A DNA stretch of 64,000 nucleotides from Chiloscyllium plagiosum (GCF_004010195.1 NC_057718.1:19343905-19407904), one strand, 5' to 3'; shown: positions 1 through 13,149, numbered from the stretch's first letter. Numbers and translations: made by a program. Notes: a model not told the origin generated them from the letters alone.

Positions 1-290
1 AGATTTTGAGAGGCTGTTTCCTGGTGTGGGGGAATCAAGAACTTTCAACATGAGGGTTCAATTCAGGAGTGAGGTGGACTTCCTGCTTTTAGCGGGAATA
101 CCCTGTTCCAGACAGTTGAGGAGGAGAAGTCATGCAAGTTAAATTAATGCCAAGGAAGATGGCATGAGTCAAGGGTTCTGGATTACAAACAGGAAACTGG
201 AATTGGGGCCAAGATCAGATCAGCCATTCATGATTTTATTGATTGGCAGAGCAGCCTCGAGGGGCCATATGGCTAGGAATTGCTTCTATT
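1..290 (+). mobile_element. Degenerate CR1-type LINE 3' fragment
   Basis: Resembles the RT C-terminus (LFP.VGESRT) and 3' UTR of other CR1 copies in the window. Confidence 0.55.
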
Positions 291-406
291 CCTTAAGTTT
301 GTCTCTGACTAAAACAGTCTGCACCAAACAGCCTCATTCAAAATTTCTCATTACTAATGATTGTGCCTTACCGTGACTACTTCAGTCTCAGCCTGCTCAC
401 TAACCA

Positions 407-810
407 TAGAATCCCAACAGTGTTGATTGAGACCATTCAGCCCATCGAGTCTACACCAACCCTCCAAAGACCATCCCACCTACTCCCTTCACCCAATCTC
501 TTAACCCCACATTCACCACAGCTAATACACGTAGACTACACATCTCACCCACCCAATCCCTGAACCCCACATTCATCATGGCTAATACACATAGATTACA
601 GATCCCATTCACTCTAGGGCAATTTAGCATGGTCCATCCACCCTAGCCTGCACATTGTCAGACTGTGGGAGGAAACCGGAGCACCAGGAGGAAACCCACG
701 CAGACACGGGAAGGACGTGTAAACTCCACACAGACAATCACCTGAGGCTGGAATCGAACTGGGGTCCCTGGTGCAGTGAAGCAGCACTGTTAACCACTGA
801 GCCACCGTGC
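407..810 (-). mobile_element. HE1-like V-SINE with internal 60-bp tandem duplication
   Basis: tRNA-like head GCACGGTGGCTCAGTGGTTAACAGTGC on the minus strand; core ...GTGTCTGCGTGGGTTTCCTCC... shared with six other copies. Confidence 0.85.
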
Positions 811-1729
811 TACACCATTACCCCAAGTCACAAAGGTCAGGCACCCTTCAGTAACATCTCAACCTCTCTCTCACTTGCGAGCTACAAACACTTGGCAAAA
901 ATAGGATTACAGGTTTCAAATTGCTACATGTGGATTATGATTAATAACTCTATTCAACTCAGGCATTGTAGGGTTTAGCAGGTTTTGATCTTTAGATAAT
1001 GATCACGGGACTGATTTAGTGCCAAACACTCTTACAATGATGCTATTACTGTGCTACGCTCCAGTGAGATTGCACTCCATTTTTTTCACTAAGGCCTCAA
1101 AGTACCAGGTACAAAGCCTTAAATCTTATACTCAGGACTAATTAAAAGCTTTGTCTTCTTTCTGAAGCAAGCAAACATAATTAACTATCACTCATTCTAT
1201 TCCACCCAAGGCAGTTTTCAGTCAGATGAATGCACATGAGAAGAAGAGAGAGAACCTGTCTAACATAAGCCGAATAAAGCACGGGACTAGATGTGCAGGT
1301 ATCCATTGCAAGTTTATGGAAATTGTAGCAGAGTCTGCTGGGGCCTTTTAATTCACCAGGCTGGAAAATTTCTTCTGCTACATCAAATTATCACTTAAAG
1401 GAAAAAAGAAGCCAGGAATTGCCTGTAATAGAAAAAAATATAATTGGAAGCAAAATGCATTTGATTCTCGAGTGTACGAGTCAATGTTTACTAAGTACTG
1501 AGCTGAAAACTCCTGTTAACGTCAAATAGTGTTCACGAACACCTGAGAGGGCAAATGTTCCACTCCCAAATATTCTCCCTCGTCTAGACAAGGCAACTCT
1601 CGGACCACTGAGAAGTTTCTGTTGGAGGATGTTTGTCACAAAAAAATTACCTTAAGAAACTGGGGGTGAAAGGTTAACATTCTGACAATTTGCACTGATG
1701 GTTTCCTAATCTTTGCGGCCCAGTTCCAA

Positions 1730-1820
1730 TATTTCTCTCTCCACTGATACTGTCGATCTGATGAGCAGTTCCAGCATTTTCTGTTTGTATTACAGATTTT
1801 AAACACCTCAAGCATTTTCC
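1730..1820 (+). mobile_element. Old fragment of PLE terminal repeat (family B)
   Basis: tttctctctccactgatactg...ttccagcattttctgtttgt resembles 21335-21430. Confidence 0.5.
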
Positions 1821-2961
1821 TGGTGTGTGGAAGGGTCTCACTCTCCATTAGTGAGGACACATTAGTAGTTAATAAGTGAAATAAATAACTATTTTACTGA
1901 CTGAATTGAGGATGCTCCATTATATTTTTTAAACTGTCAGTGCCCTGTTTAAAGAATTTGAATGTGGCCTGAATGAATATTAGTACGTACTATGAAATCC
2001 CAAGAGCTCTTTTCTAACCTCCCTGTTTTTGCAGCGTTGTTCATGTCCATACCAGAGGCTGCCTATGTTACTTAAGGCAGTTCCCAGCAGATATAACAGA
2101 TCCAGCACAGTGAGGACTATGGTCCAAGAGCTCCAATTATAGGGGCTCAACATTAACTTTCAAACACTTTCTGGACACAGGACAAGGATTGGAGAACAGG
2201 GATACTGAGGAGATGAGAATTAAAGGAGCAAAGATATCTCGGAGAGCCTTAGGGCTAGAGGAGGTTAGAGAAATAGGGAGGTGCAAGGTCATGTGGTGAT
2301 TTGAAAGCAAGAACAATAATTATGAACTCAAGGTACTCCTTGACGAGCAGCCAATGTGGATCAGCGAGCCACAGAGGCAACAGCAAGATTTGGTCTGAGT
2401 TAGGAGATAAGTAGCCGAGCTTTGGACATCCTCGGGCCTATGGAGGATGAGACATGGTTGGCCGGGAGAGTGCTGGAATGGTCAGGGTGCGGCAGAAGCA
2501 AAAGGCATGGAGAGGAGCTCCAGCAGCAGATCAGCTGAGGCACCCAGAGACTTGGACAACATCACAGTCTTAGTGGCCGGATGGATATGTCATTGAAAGC
2601 TCAACCCTGGGGCCAAATGGGATTCTGGGGTTGCAAACAGTCAGATCAGCCTTAGGAAACTGTTTGCTCCTGTGTTACCACAACAGAGGCATTCATCTGA
2701 TTAAATTAAATGGGGTTAATGCATTCATTAATTTCATTGCATTCATTTCCAATACTGAGTAGTACATTTTTAGCCCAATTAAAAGACCTTTTTTGCAAAT
2801 TTTGCCAATCTTTTGGCAAATTGGATGCGTTTCCCCACACATGTGAGCATTCAATTCCAGGGTGAACTGCCCAGGATAACACAGGCAGGGGCCAGTTACA
2901 GGGTACACAAGGCAAAGGACAAGGGAAGACGTGGCACTTCCTGCCAGTATCAATTCTTTAC

Positions 2962-3084
2962 CTTGGCACCTAACACCATTCACCAGCTGGAAGCCACCTG
3001 GACACGTGCATGTAAAGGAGCCAGCATTGTTGATGCACACACCTCCCTGGCAAGTATCCGAGTTTTGTTGGCATTCGTCAATGT
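2962..3084 (-). CDS. LTBP1: LTBP1-like cbEGF exon, 123 nt
   Basis: tttgttgcag|ACATTGAC...CAAG|gtaaag; DIDECQQNSDTCQGGVCINNAGSFTCTCPGGFQLVNGVRCQ. Confidence 0.95.
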
Positions 3085-3718
3085 CTGCAACAAATACGTT
3101 CAGAAAGCAATTAGTTTGATGCTGCCTCTAAATCTTACCAACAGAATCCACATTATTTATTGCTCCCTCACTAATGGAACACCAACACTTAGAGCAACAA
3201 TTGCCTCTGTGTAGTTTCCAATGACATATCGGAGCATCCAGCACTTGGTTTGGTTATGTTGTCTGCAACCCTAGCCAAAGCCTTGAAGAAACAGCATTGG
3301 CCAAAAAAAAAAATGACCTTCTCTCTAGTTCGACTGAGGAGCCATGAGCTGAACTTATTGTTTAAAACAACTGAAGTTATATAAAGGACAGTGGACTCTA
3401 GATAAAAATGGATGGGTTCTTTGTAGTGAGGTTGTAAACACAGCTTTCCTTAGCTAAATTGAGAGGCAGGCCTCATTCTTCATCACATTTTTTAGAAAGG
3501 ACTGGAAAAGGCTGACCAACATTTTATTCCACTTGGCGCCTACTTATCATGGCTGTACCCAATAAACAGGGAACACGCTTTTCTTTCTGGTGACCGTGTC
3601 TAACACGCACAAAAAAAAGTCCAAGGCAAAGAAAGGGAGGAGGTGGAAAAAGTACCACCTCACAAATTAAACTGTTTAGCTTCCTTTTCTAGAAGCTGAC
3701 AGAATTATGTACAGCATA

Positions 3719-4035
3719 CAGTGGCTCAGTGGTTAGCACTGCGGCCTCACAGCACCAGTATCTGAAGTTTGATTCCAGCCTTGGGTGTCTGTCCGTGTGG
3801 AGTTTGCACATTCTCCCCGAGTCTGTGTGGGTTTCCTCTGGGTTCTCCAGTTTCCTCCCACAATCCAAAGATGTGCAGGTCAGGTGAATTGGCCATGCTA
3901 AATTGCCCATAGTGTTAGGTGCATTAGTCAGAGGGAAATGGGTCTGGGAGGGTTACTCTTCGGAGGGTCAGTGTGGACTGGTTGGGCCGAAGGGCCTGTT
4001 TCCACACTGTAGGGAATCTAATTTAATCTCTAATC
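3719..4035 (+). mobile_element. HE1-like V-SINE
   Basis: Head CAGTGGCTCAGTGGTTAGCACT, core, LINE-like tail GGGCCGAAGGGCCTGTTTCC and (AATCT)n end. Confidence 0.9.
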
Positions 4036-4434
4036 ATCATAGACAAAGGCCATTCGACCAGCCAGGGCTGTTTCAGCTCGTTAAAAGAACAATCCCGCTT
4101 GGTCCCACATTCCTGATTTTGGTGCCTGAACCTGCAAGTTCCACATTCTGTTTAAATTACCCAATCAGATCAACCCCTGCTGATTTTGTCAGGTGGAACA
4201 TCCCAGATCCTCAGAACCACAGAAACCATTTCTCTTCAACTCTCCCCGAAATCTCCTGCCAAAGATTTCAAATCAACTCCTAATTGAACCATGTCCTGGA
4301 GGAAATGTTTCATCACTGGCAGCTCTCATTGTCTCACAGTGTCAATGGAAGGTTGACCTTTCAGATTTAAGTGATGAAGATCCCAATGAATGGACTAACT
4401 AAGCACCAATCACTCAATTTGAGCCCAACACATT

Positions 4435-5005
4435 TTAGAATTGTAGAGTCTTAAAGTATGGAAACAGATCCTTTGGTCCAACTCATCCATACTGACCAAG
4501 TTACACAAACTAAACTAGTCCTGCTTGCCTGTATTTTGCCCATATCCCTCCAAACCTTTCCTTTTCATGTACCTGTTCAAATGTCTTTTAAATGCTGTAC
4601 TTTACCAGCGTCTACCACTTCCTCGGGAAGTTCATTCCACATACGAGCCAACCTCTGTTTGAAAATGTTGCTCCTCAGATCACTTTTAAATCATTCTCCT
4701 CATATTAAACCTATGCTCTCTAGTTCTGGACTCTCCTACCCTAGGGGAAAGACCTTTGCTATTCACCTTATCCATGCCCCTCATGATTTTATAAACCTCT
4801 ATATGATCACCCCTCAACGTTTGACCCTCCAGGGGAAAAATGTCCCAGCCTATCCAACTTCTCCCCATGACTCAAACACTCCAGTTCCAGCAACATCCTT
4901 CTAAATCTTTTCTGTACCCCCTCCAATTTAATAATATCCTTCCTATTGTAGGATGATGTCAAATCTACACAGTACGCCAAAAGTGGCCTCAACAACATCC
5001 TTTGG
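4435..5005 (-). mobile_element. CR1 (HER1-like) LINE 3' fragment
   Basis: Minus strand reads KLEGVQKRFRRML and LRGDHIEVYKIMRGMDKVN (CR1 ORF2 C-terminus). Confidence 0.9.
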
Positions 5006-5439
5006 AGTGGAGAGCATGCTCCGGAACTGCAGAACGTGAGCACATTCAGACAACTGGGAGAAACCAATGCCCTAAGCACCCCTCCATCTCTCCAAGCATC
5101 TTTCTCCAATAAACTTTCATGTTGCAAATATTCTACTCCATTTTAAATAGAGGCTGGAAATATTACACTGAGAAACAACAAAGGACAATTAACTTCCCTC
5201 ACATTTTAAGGGGTGATGCTGAAGGGACTGTGTGATTTTTATGCAATATTCACCTCACTTTACAAAACAGCCAGCTACTGCTTTGGAATTCTAATTGACC
5301 CTGCTGAGCCAAGTCCTCATTCTATCTCGGTGAATGTTACCAAAGGGAATTTTCTACAAACACATACACTGGTGCACAGCCAGTGAAAATTAAACCCAAC
5401 AAGAGGTCTGCTGAGGGTATTCTATGAAATTGCTGTCAC

Positions 5440-5562
5440 CTTCACACTGGTCCCTTGTGGCAGTCAGACGGTAACCCAAGTTGCATTCGCAGAAGAAGGA
5501 GGCCTCTGTATTCGTGCATTGCCCATTGGTGCACAGAATCGCATCTTGACACTCATTCACAT
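5440..5562 (-). CDS. LTBP1: LTBP1-like cbEGF exon, 123 nt
   Basis: ttctttggtgcag|ATGTGAAT...GAAG|gtgaca; DVNECQDAILCTNGQCTNTEASFFCECNLGYRLTATRDQCE. Confidence 0.95.
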
Positions 5563-5964
5563 CTGCACCAAAGAAGAAACAGATGAGTCATTCCTCTTTC
5601 CAACGTGTTGCAAACTTTGTTTCATCAAAAGTGAATGCCCTGATTAACCTCTGAACCAGAAAACCAAATCGGACAAATTTGCAAAGAGACGGGAAATCTG
5701 CCCCATCAAATTACCATCAAACTGCTAAAGACAAAGGCCATTCTCCTTCTGGAAACCTCTGGTTCTCAATACCAATTATATATTAGGGAGTTATTACAGA
5801 CACTGAGACATACTCAGAGGTACCCTGAAATGCACTGCCTCAACTTTGAGTGCATAGATAATTGAAAGATTTTTTTCAGGCTAAGGAGAAACGAGGTGGA
5901 GGCTGGGCCTATTGGGTAGTGCCTTCAAAGAAAAACCACTGAATCAGGGGCTGAATTTTTTTAA

Positions 5965-6470
5965 TTTATTCACTCATGGGATGTGGGTGTTGCTGGCTGT
6001 GCCAGTATTTATTGCCCATCCCTAGTTGATCTTGAGAAGGTGGTGGTGAGTTGCCTTCTTGAATCGCTGAAGTCCATATCCAGTAGGGAGACCCACAATG
6101 CCCTTGGGGAGGGAATTTCCAGATTTTGACCCAATGACAGTGAAAGAATGGCAATATATTTTTCTGGTGTGCCCATGTATCTGCTGCCCTTGTCCTTCTA
6201 GATGGAAGTGGTCGTGGGGTTTGGAAGGTGCTGTCTGAGGATCTTTCGTGAATGTTTGCAGGTGGCACACACTGCTGCTCCTGATCATCATTGACTGGGA
6301 GAGTGGACACTTGTGGATGTGATGCCGATCAAGTGGGCTGCTTTGTCCTGGATGGTGTCAAGCTTCTTTAGTGTTATTGGGGCTGCACTCATCCAGGAAG
6401 TGCAAGGCGTTCCATCACACTCCTGACTTGTGCCTTGTCAATGGAGGGCAGGCTTCAGGGAGTTATCCTT
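5965..6470 (-). mobile_element. LINE 3' fragment (L2/CR1 group) whose tail is shared with the second SINE family
   Basis: Ends in ...CTAGGGATGGGCAATAAATACTGGC...CCCACATCCCATGAGTGAATAAA, matching the tail at 32160-32225. Confidence 0.65.
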
Positions 6471-7391
6471 TCTCAGTTGTATCATCCTATAGGATATATA
6501 TCCCATGAGCTGGAGGAACACACACAGTGATATACATGCACAGGCACACATACAAAAGTTTATGGAGAGAAATTAGACCTTGGGCCCATGTTGGCAGATG
6601 GTGGAATGGGTGGGGTAATATAAATGTTAACTACAACTGAGCGAAGAATGCAGCTATGGTGAAGCTAGAACATGAGAATTGGGCAATGGAAGGAATCACA
6701 ATGGGATGATGACAATATTGGAGTCAGTTATTTGGCACAAATCCAAGAAACCAGTCAAGTTTGATAGGGGTCTCCATTGAAATTGGCTGCTGGAAAATTG
6801 TGGAATTGGGTCAAATTCTGCCAGGACTAAACCCCTTCAAACAACAGGGAGGGAAATTTCTCCTAAACTTCTTGAAAAGACAAACAAGAATATAACCAAA
6901 ATAGTAAATTCTTCAAAGGAACTGCGTTCCCTTTGGCACCTTCCGTGAACTCAGTTTGTCACAAATTAGCCAAACACGGTGGCTCATTTTCCACACAGCA
7001 AGATGCAAACAGTAATTGAGGTAAATTGCAAGACAATGTTTTTGGTGATGTTCATTGAGTGATAAAAATTGATTGGAACACCGCTGGAGTTCCGTTTGCT
7101 CTACTGGGAAACAATGCCATGAGATCTTTTACAAGCACCTGAGAGAGCAGAAAGGACCTAAGTTTCAAACCTCACCTGAAGTTTTTCCTCCAATAAACAC
7201 TCAAGGTTCAGCCTCAAATGTCCCTAAATCTCTGCACTGGAGCTTGACTCCATGGTCTTCTGACCAAGAGGTAATATCACTGAACCAAAGCTGACACTGA
7301 AAGAGGATTATATTCTTAGACTTTCGGCTCTCTACTGGCTTAAAGTCGGAGTTCAAGTGGCATGAGGATGTCTGAGTGGTAATTCCTGAAG

Positions 7392-7593
7392 ATAGTGAGG
7401 ACTGCAAATGTTAGAGAATCAGAGTGGATAAAGAGTGGAGCTGGAAAAAGCACAGCAGGTCAAGCAGCATCAGAGAGAGGGAATCAACGTTTAATCCTGA
7501 TGAAAGGTTCCAAGCTGACACAGCGACTCCCCCTCTCCTCTGATACAGCTTGACCTGCTGTGCTATTTCCAGCTCCACACTTCATCCATTCTG
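7392..7593. mobile_element. PLE-terminus hairpin element, family A (degenerate)
   Basis: Imperfect inverted arms (gagctggaaaaagcacagcaggtcaagc / gcttgacctgctgtgctatttccagctc) around a cctgatgaaag core. Confidence 0.75.
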
Positions 7594-8941
7594 CCAAGTA
7601 CTTCCTCCCTCAGAACTGGGATGGGGAGACAGACTGCAGAACATTCTAGAACTGTACTCCTGCACCTCTAAGCTCCAGTACAGCAGCGGGTTGTCCAACC
7701 TCCTTGTCGAGAGTTTGTCAGTTAAGTAGGGAGATCAAAAGAGGAAAATGCTTCCTTTTGCTAAAACGTTGACTCACAGGCCTCTGCATGCTTCAGGACC
7801 CCAGTCGGGGAAATACATGGGGGTCCCCAAGCCCATAATTGCCGGCGTGCAGACATGGGAAGCTACTTTCCTAAAGGTAACCTCTCACATGACCCAACCC
7901 AGTGCCATATTAAGGATAGCCGACAGGCTCTCAATAATGCAGGCCCAATCACAGGGCAGGTAGCAGCCAAAAAGCCTTGTCCGCTCCATTGAGAGATGGG
8001 GCGCTGCTGAGTCAGGGGAGAAAACACAGGAAAACCTCTCAGAGAAATTGCCCTCAAGGTTTGGGGAGGGTGAGGAGGGCGGGAAGGGGGGAAAGGATAG
8101 TAAGTCTGCAGTGAAATCTCAGTGGGATTGAGCTGGTCGAGCCTTCTGATGAGAGGGGAAACCCCTCCTGTACAGTTTTTGGGTCATGGTCATGGCCTGT
8201 GTAACTGTCTGCCCACCTTTAAGGATGGAGTGTCAGGTTCCAATATCCTCCTCCCCACCTCCCAGGTTGGCACAGGGAGTCTGCCTCTATTACAATGGTG
8301 CCTCCCCATGTGGCAACTGGATTGGAGGTGCCATTGCTTGGCAAGCACAAATTATTGCCTTGACTGGGCCTTTAATTACTTTAGTTAGCTGTCTGCATTG
8401 TGTAAGCAACTGATGCAAATCCTGGGCCTCTCCCTAGAAATGTAACTGGTGACAGGAACACGTTGGGGAAGTCAAACTCCTGATTGGCAGCTGGTCTGAG
8501 AAGAGACCAGATCTTTACTCCGTTTCAAGTTTATTTACAAAGAGAATCCTGACAGATGCTTAGCTCCAAAATCCATTACCCAACACCAGTGTCAATATGC
8601 TTTCGCTTTTACACTTCTGATCAAGTGTTTAAACTAATTAACTAATCCAGAGCCAGTTAAAGAAGTGCTGTAGTTCAAAGGAAGTTTACAAAATTTAAGC
8701 AAAATACCATTCCTGAGGGTGACCATGAACCCCAGGACACTCCTTGTACCCACAGGTCACAGAAGACCTCTAGTGTATCAGAGGACCCTGTGTGCTACTC
8801 TTCAGGAACAGCCAGTTGTGAAGGGTCATTTTCTAGGCACAAATGTAATCATCTAATGAATGCACCCCATAACCACACACTTAACCTTAATCTGTTTAGT
8901 TTTCAGGACAATCATCCTGAATGGCTACCTACCAGCTATCC

Positions 8942-9148
8942 TGATTTGGAGATGCCAGTGTTGGACTGGGGTGTACAAAATTAAAAATCACACAACACCA
9001 GGTTATAGTCCAACAGGTTTAATTGGAAGCACACGAGCTTTTGGAGCCACGCTCCTATCACCTGATGAAGGAACGTCGCTCCGAAAGCTAGTGTGCTTCC
9101 AATTAAACCTGTTGGACTATAACTGGTTTTGTGTGATTTTTAACTTTG
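8942..9148. mobile_element. PLE-type hairpin element, family C, with 12-bp TSD
   Basis: TACCAGCTATCC at 8930-8941 and 9149-9160; inverted arms; CTGATGAAGGAACGTCGCTCCGAAA core. Confidence 0.85.
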
Positions 9149-9294
9149 TACCAGCTATCCCACTGCCAAGCCCATCCTTACTGTCAATTAAATGATTCAA
9201 TTTCATAAACAAAACCATTTAACTGCTTTACTTTGGTGACCTGATGCTAAACGATGTGGCCATCTGCGATGTTAATCCCTGTGGGAATGGTTAC

Positions 9295-9417
9295 CTTTGC
9301 ACAGTTTGCCATCAGGGGATGGTTCATAGCCTCGGTTACAGGTACAGATATAGGCCCCCTCAAGGTTCGAACATCTGCCATTTGCACAAGCTGATCTGTT
9401 GAGGCATTCATTAACAT
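9295..9417 (-). CDS. LTBP1: LTBP1-like cbEGF exon, 123 nt
   Basis: ttttcttccccccag|ATGTTAAT...AAAG|gtaacc; DVNECLNRSACANGRCSNLEGAYICTCNRGYEPSPDGKLCK. Confidence 0.95.
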
Positions 9418-10234
9418 CTGGGGGGAAGAAAAGGAGCAGGGGTCAAAAATCAGACTTCCAAGGACAACACAGACAAATCTCGGCCAATTTCAAACAGGTA
9501 ACAAAAGACAATGAATGTTAGAATTGAACAAACAGTCCTGGGGAGGAGAGTGAATGATGAAAAGACAAAGAAACACCTGGAATGCTGTTTCGAAAATAAT
9601 CTGCTGATACATTTATCATGGAACATCTGCAGCATCCATCTGCCGGTCCATTTAAGAAATGACTGTCTGGATGGGTCTCAAATTGCCTTTTTCCCAGCAT
9701 GCGACCATATGTCCTACTGTAACAGGAAACTGACAAGAGATACAGTTGATTCCTGATGAGCCCCTGGCCGGTTTGCCGGGAGGGAGTAAGCTTGGATCAA
9801 GCTTTCCACACTTGCCTTCCAATCACAATTTCTAATATTTGTACCTCAGGGCATAGAATCCAAATGTAAATATCAATTGTTTATCTCTGATGACAGAGAA
9901 TGAAGAATTTGTTCAACCTAAAATGATATTTAACAAAGTATTGAAAGTCAAACTTAATGCACTTGAGTGGCTTTGTTCATATTAAGTTTGAAATACACAC
10001 CGTGGCCAGTACATGTGCTAAAAAGGTGACATCTGCAGTGGAACAGATTCGATCTCCTGTAACATTGCACATAATAAGTTAGAGGAAGTGATCTCTTCCT
10101 TAGCTACTTCTGTCTTCACATTTCTCTCTCGCCCATTGTCTCTCTATGTCCACCTTTTTTTTCTCTTTTTTTAACAGCCCACTTCATGGCTCTTTTTGCC
10201 TCAGCACCCTCTTCCCTATCCTTTCTCTTGTGTG

Positions 10235-10482
10235 ATAGTCTGAGAATAAGGGGTAAGCCATTCAGGACTGAGATGAGGAAGAATGTCTTCACTCAGAGAG
10301 TTGTGAACCTGAGGAGTCCTCTCCTACAGGAAACTGTTGGGGTCAGTTTGTTAGATACATTCAAGAGGGAGCTGGACATGGCCCTTGAGGCTAATGGAAT
10401 ATTCAGATTGCATGATCAGCCATGATGCAGGCTCGAAGGGCAGAATGGCCTACTCCTGCACCTATTTTCTATGTTTCTATGA
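10235..10482 (+). mobile_element. CR1 LINE 3' fragment
   Basis: SLRIRGKPFRTEMRKNVFTQRVVNL followed by a 3' UTR ending ttctatgtttctatg. Confidence 0.85.
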
Positions 10483-11619
10483 CTCCAGGCAGTTTCTCCG
10501 TAGCCACAGCAGGTGAGACAGAGATAATGGGGAAAATATGGCTAATAGGGTGCCCTTGGGCCCCACTAAAATGTTGCATCTCTATCCAACAGAGCAATGT
10601 TGCAAACTGTTGTCTTAAACAGATCATTGATAACAAACAGCTACACCAATTATTTTCAGATGTGAGAGGTGACCCAAGAGCTACTAGCAATCAGTCTGTA
10701 CAGTTTTCAGAGTAGGCTTCTAACCAGCAGAAACGATAAGCATCTAATCAATCAGCAACAAATTGTTTCAGGAACAACGAAAATGACTTAACCAGGAAAA
10801 GGGGAAGGCAGCACACCGGGTACAATCCTGGAGCAAAAGGGAATTTTCACAAAAGCCCACACTCGACTGCTCATCAAAATGGACAGACGTTCGGCGATAT
10901 CCTCACAGTAAAACGCAGAGAAAATTTAAAAAGAGTGTTGGGCGTGGGGGGGGGCGGGAGACGAAATCTTTACGTTGAGCAGGTGGTGCCTGTTTGTAGA
11001 CCACAACCAGTAAGTGCTTTCATCAAGCTTCAGGAAGCAGGGAGTTGCACGCCAAAGCCAAAGTAAATATTGGCTTTGGGCTGGTTCAGATATTCAGCAC
11101 AAGACCAGAAGAACTGAAGGCATTAATTCACAGAACAGGAACCACTACAATAAAACTGGCCGTGCGTTTATCAATGAAATTGAAAGTGTTCATGGAACAA
11201 CATGCAGGATTTCACGAAAACTCACAGGAGAAGAAGCAGTGAAATTTACTGCTTGAATAAATTAATGGCATTGGACACACACTATCACATAGCAAAGTGG
11301 ATGCTTTTAAGGGGATTTTTGTTTGCGATATTCAGTGTTTCGCCTGTAATGATGCTTTCATTATTTCCCCAGATTCAAATCATTAACCAGAGAATCATGA
11401 TGCTATACTCCCTCCCTATCCTGGTACATATTTATTTCTATCAGATTATAATGTCAATATTGTTAAATTTGGCGGCACAAGGTACTTGGGAGATAGAACA
11501 GCAAACACATAAACAGTAACAGAGTGATCACAGTACAGAGCAGATGAAAAACTTCATTAAAAGAGAAAGGTATTGACTTTGTGTTAATCCAAGTGACATC
11601 CCCCCTTTGTCAACTTATA

Positions 11620-12108
11620 TGGTGCAATGTGGAAGTATTGGAAAAGGTGCAGAGGAGATTTACCAGGATGTTGCCTGGACTGGAGGGAAGGTCTTGTGAG
11701 GAAAGGCTGAGAGACTTGGGTCTGTTCTCTTTGGAAAGAAGAACGCTAAGAGGGGATTTGATAGAGACATACAAGATGATCAGAGGATTAAATAGGGTAG
11801 AGAGTGAAAGTCTTTTTCCGAGGATGATGACGTCAGTTTGTTCGAGGGGGCATAGCTACAAATTGATGGGTGATAGGTTTAAGACAAATGTCAGAGACAG
11901 GTTCTTTACTCAGGAAGTGGTAATGGCATGGAATGCCCTGCCTGCCAATGTAGTTACCTCAGCCACATTAGGGAGATTTAAACAATCCTTGAATAAGCAC
12001 ATGGATGATGATGGGATAGTGTAGGGGGATTGGTTTAGATTAGTTCACAGGTCAGCGCAACATCGAGGGCCAAAGGGCCTGTTCTGCACTGTAATGTTCT
12101 ATGTTCTA
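11620..12108 (+). mobile_element. CR1 LINE 3' fragment
   Basis: LEKVQRRFTRMLPGLEG...LRGDLIETYKMIRG...; tail gttctatgttcta. Confidence 0.92.
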
Positions 12109-12727
12109 GTAATAGTGGAGTGTGCTCAGAGTTTTGGTATACATGTGCTGGTACATTCCCCAAGTCTTCACCATTCCATCTCTCGACTTTCTCCAACATT
12201 TTGATCAGGTTAATTCAGCAGCTCAATGTTTCATAATGTGCCAACAGGCCTTTTTTTGTATTTCATATCCACCAGAGATAACCATCCTGCTACTTGGTTG
12301 AAAAGACCCTCAAAGTCATGACTGTGATTATTTTCTGGAACCTACTTTTAAAATGAGTGGTCTGGATTTTATCTGCAAGGTTAAGGTACAGAATGATAAG
12401 AGATCTGATGGTGAATTACAAATTGAGTAGTTCCATTAAGCAAATCCATTATCACATTATCAATAAGTCCCTTACTCCCTTCTCTTTACACCTGACTTAC
12501 TGTCTTGAAAAATGCCAAGTTGTCTATATTTTATGTTAAACAAGTCCCTTGCATTTTGTTTGGATGCATATTGCACTCACACTCAATGAGATGGTCAGTA
12601 AATGGTAAAGGAAACTGCTGTAGCAGCTGAATGTGTGATTAGTCCTATAATATTTCATACCTTAACATTTTAGCAACTGGATGACAACACACTGTAAACA
12701 ACATAATTTATAGTGAATATGTCACAG

Positions 12728-12928
12728 AAGAATAAAAACTAAAGGAACTGCTGATGCTGCAAATCGAAAACAAGAACAGAAATTGCTGGAAAAGCTCAGC
12801 AGGTCTGGCAGCATCTGTGAAGAGAAATCAAGAGTTAATATTTTGGATCACTCGACCTGAAACGTTAACTCTGATTTCTCTCCACAATGCTGCCGCACTT
12901 GCTGAGCTTTTCCAGCAATTTCTGTTTT
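12728..12928. mobile_element. PLE-type hairpin element, family B, with 10-bp TSD
   Basis: TATGTCACAG at 12718-12727 and 12929-12938; arms aacagaaattgctggaaaagctcagca / tgctgagcttttccagcaatttctgtt. Confidence 0.85.
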
Positions 12929-13149
12929 TATGTCACAGCAAAATGTAAAATACATTATTAAAGTGAAAACTTGTTTATGTCAGAGATCAAATTCACTATT
13001 CTCTGCAGGAAACCATGCTCAAAGGGAACATGGACCGGAAGATTGGCACCACAGATTGGTAACTCTATCTTTCACTAACAATCACTTCAAGCTTGGTTCC
13101 TGTCCAGGAAAGCAGGATTGCTGAATTCATCCTGAGATTTTATCTTTAG

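Noticed and set aside
7370..7610. TSD around the 7392 hairpin (gtaattcct / gtacttcct)
   Set aside because: Short, mismatched and not clearly abutting the element ends, so not counted.
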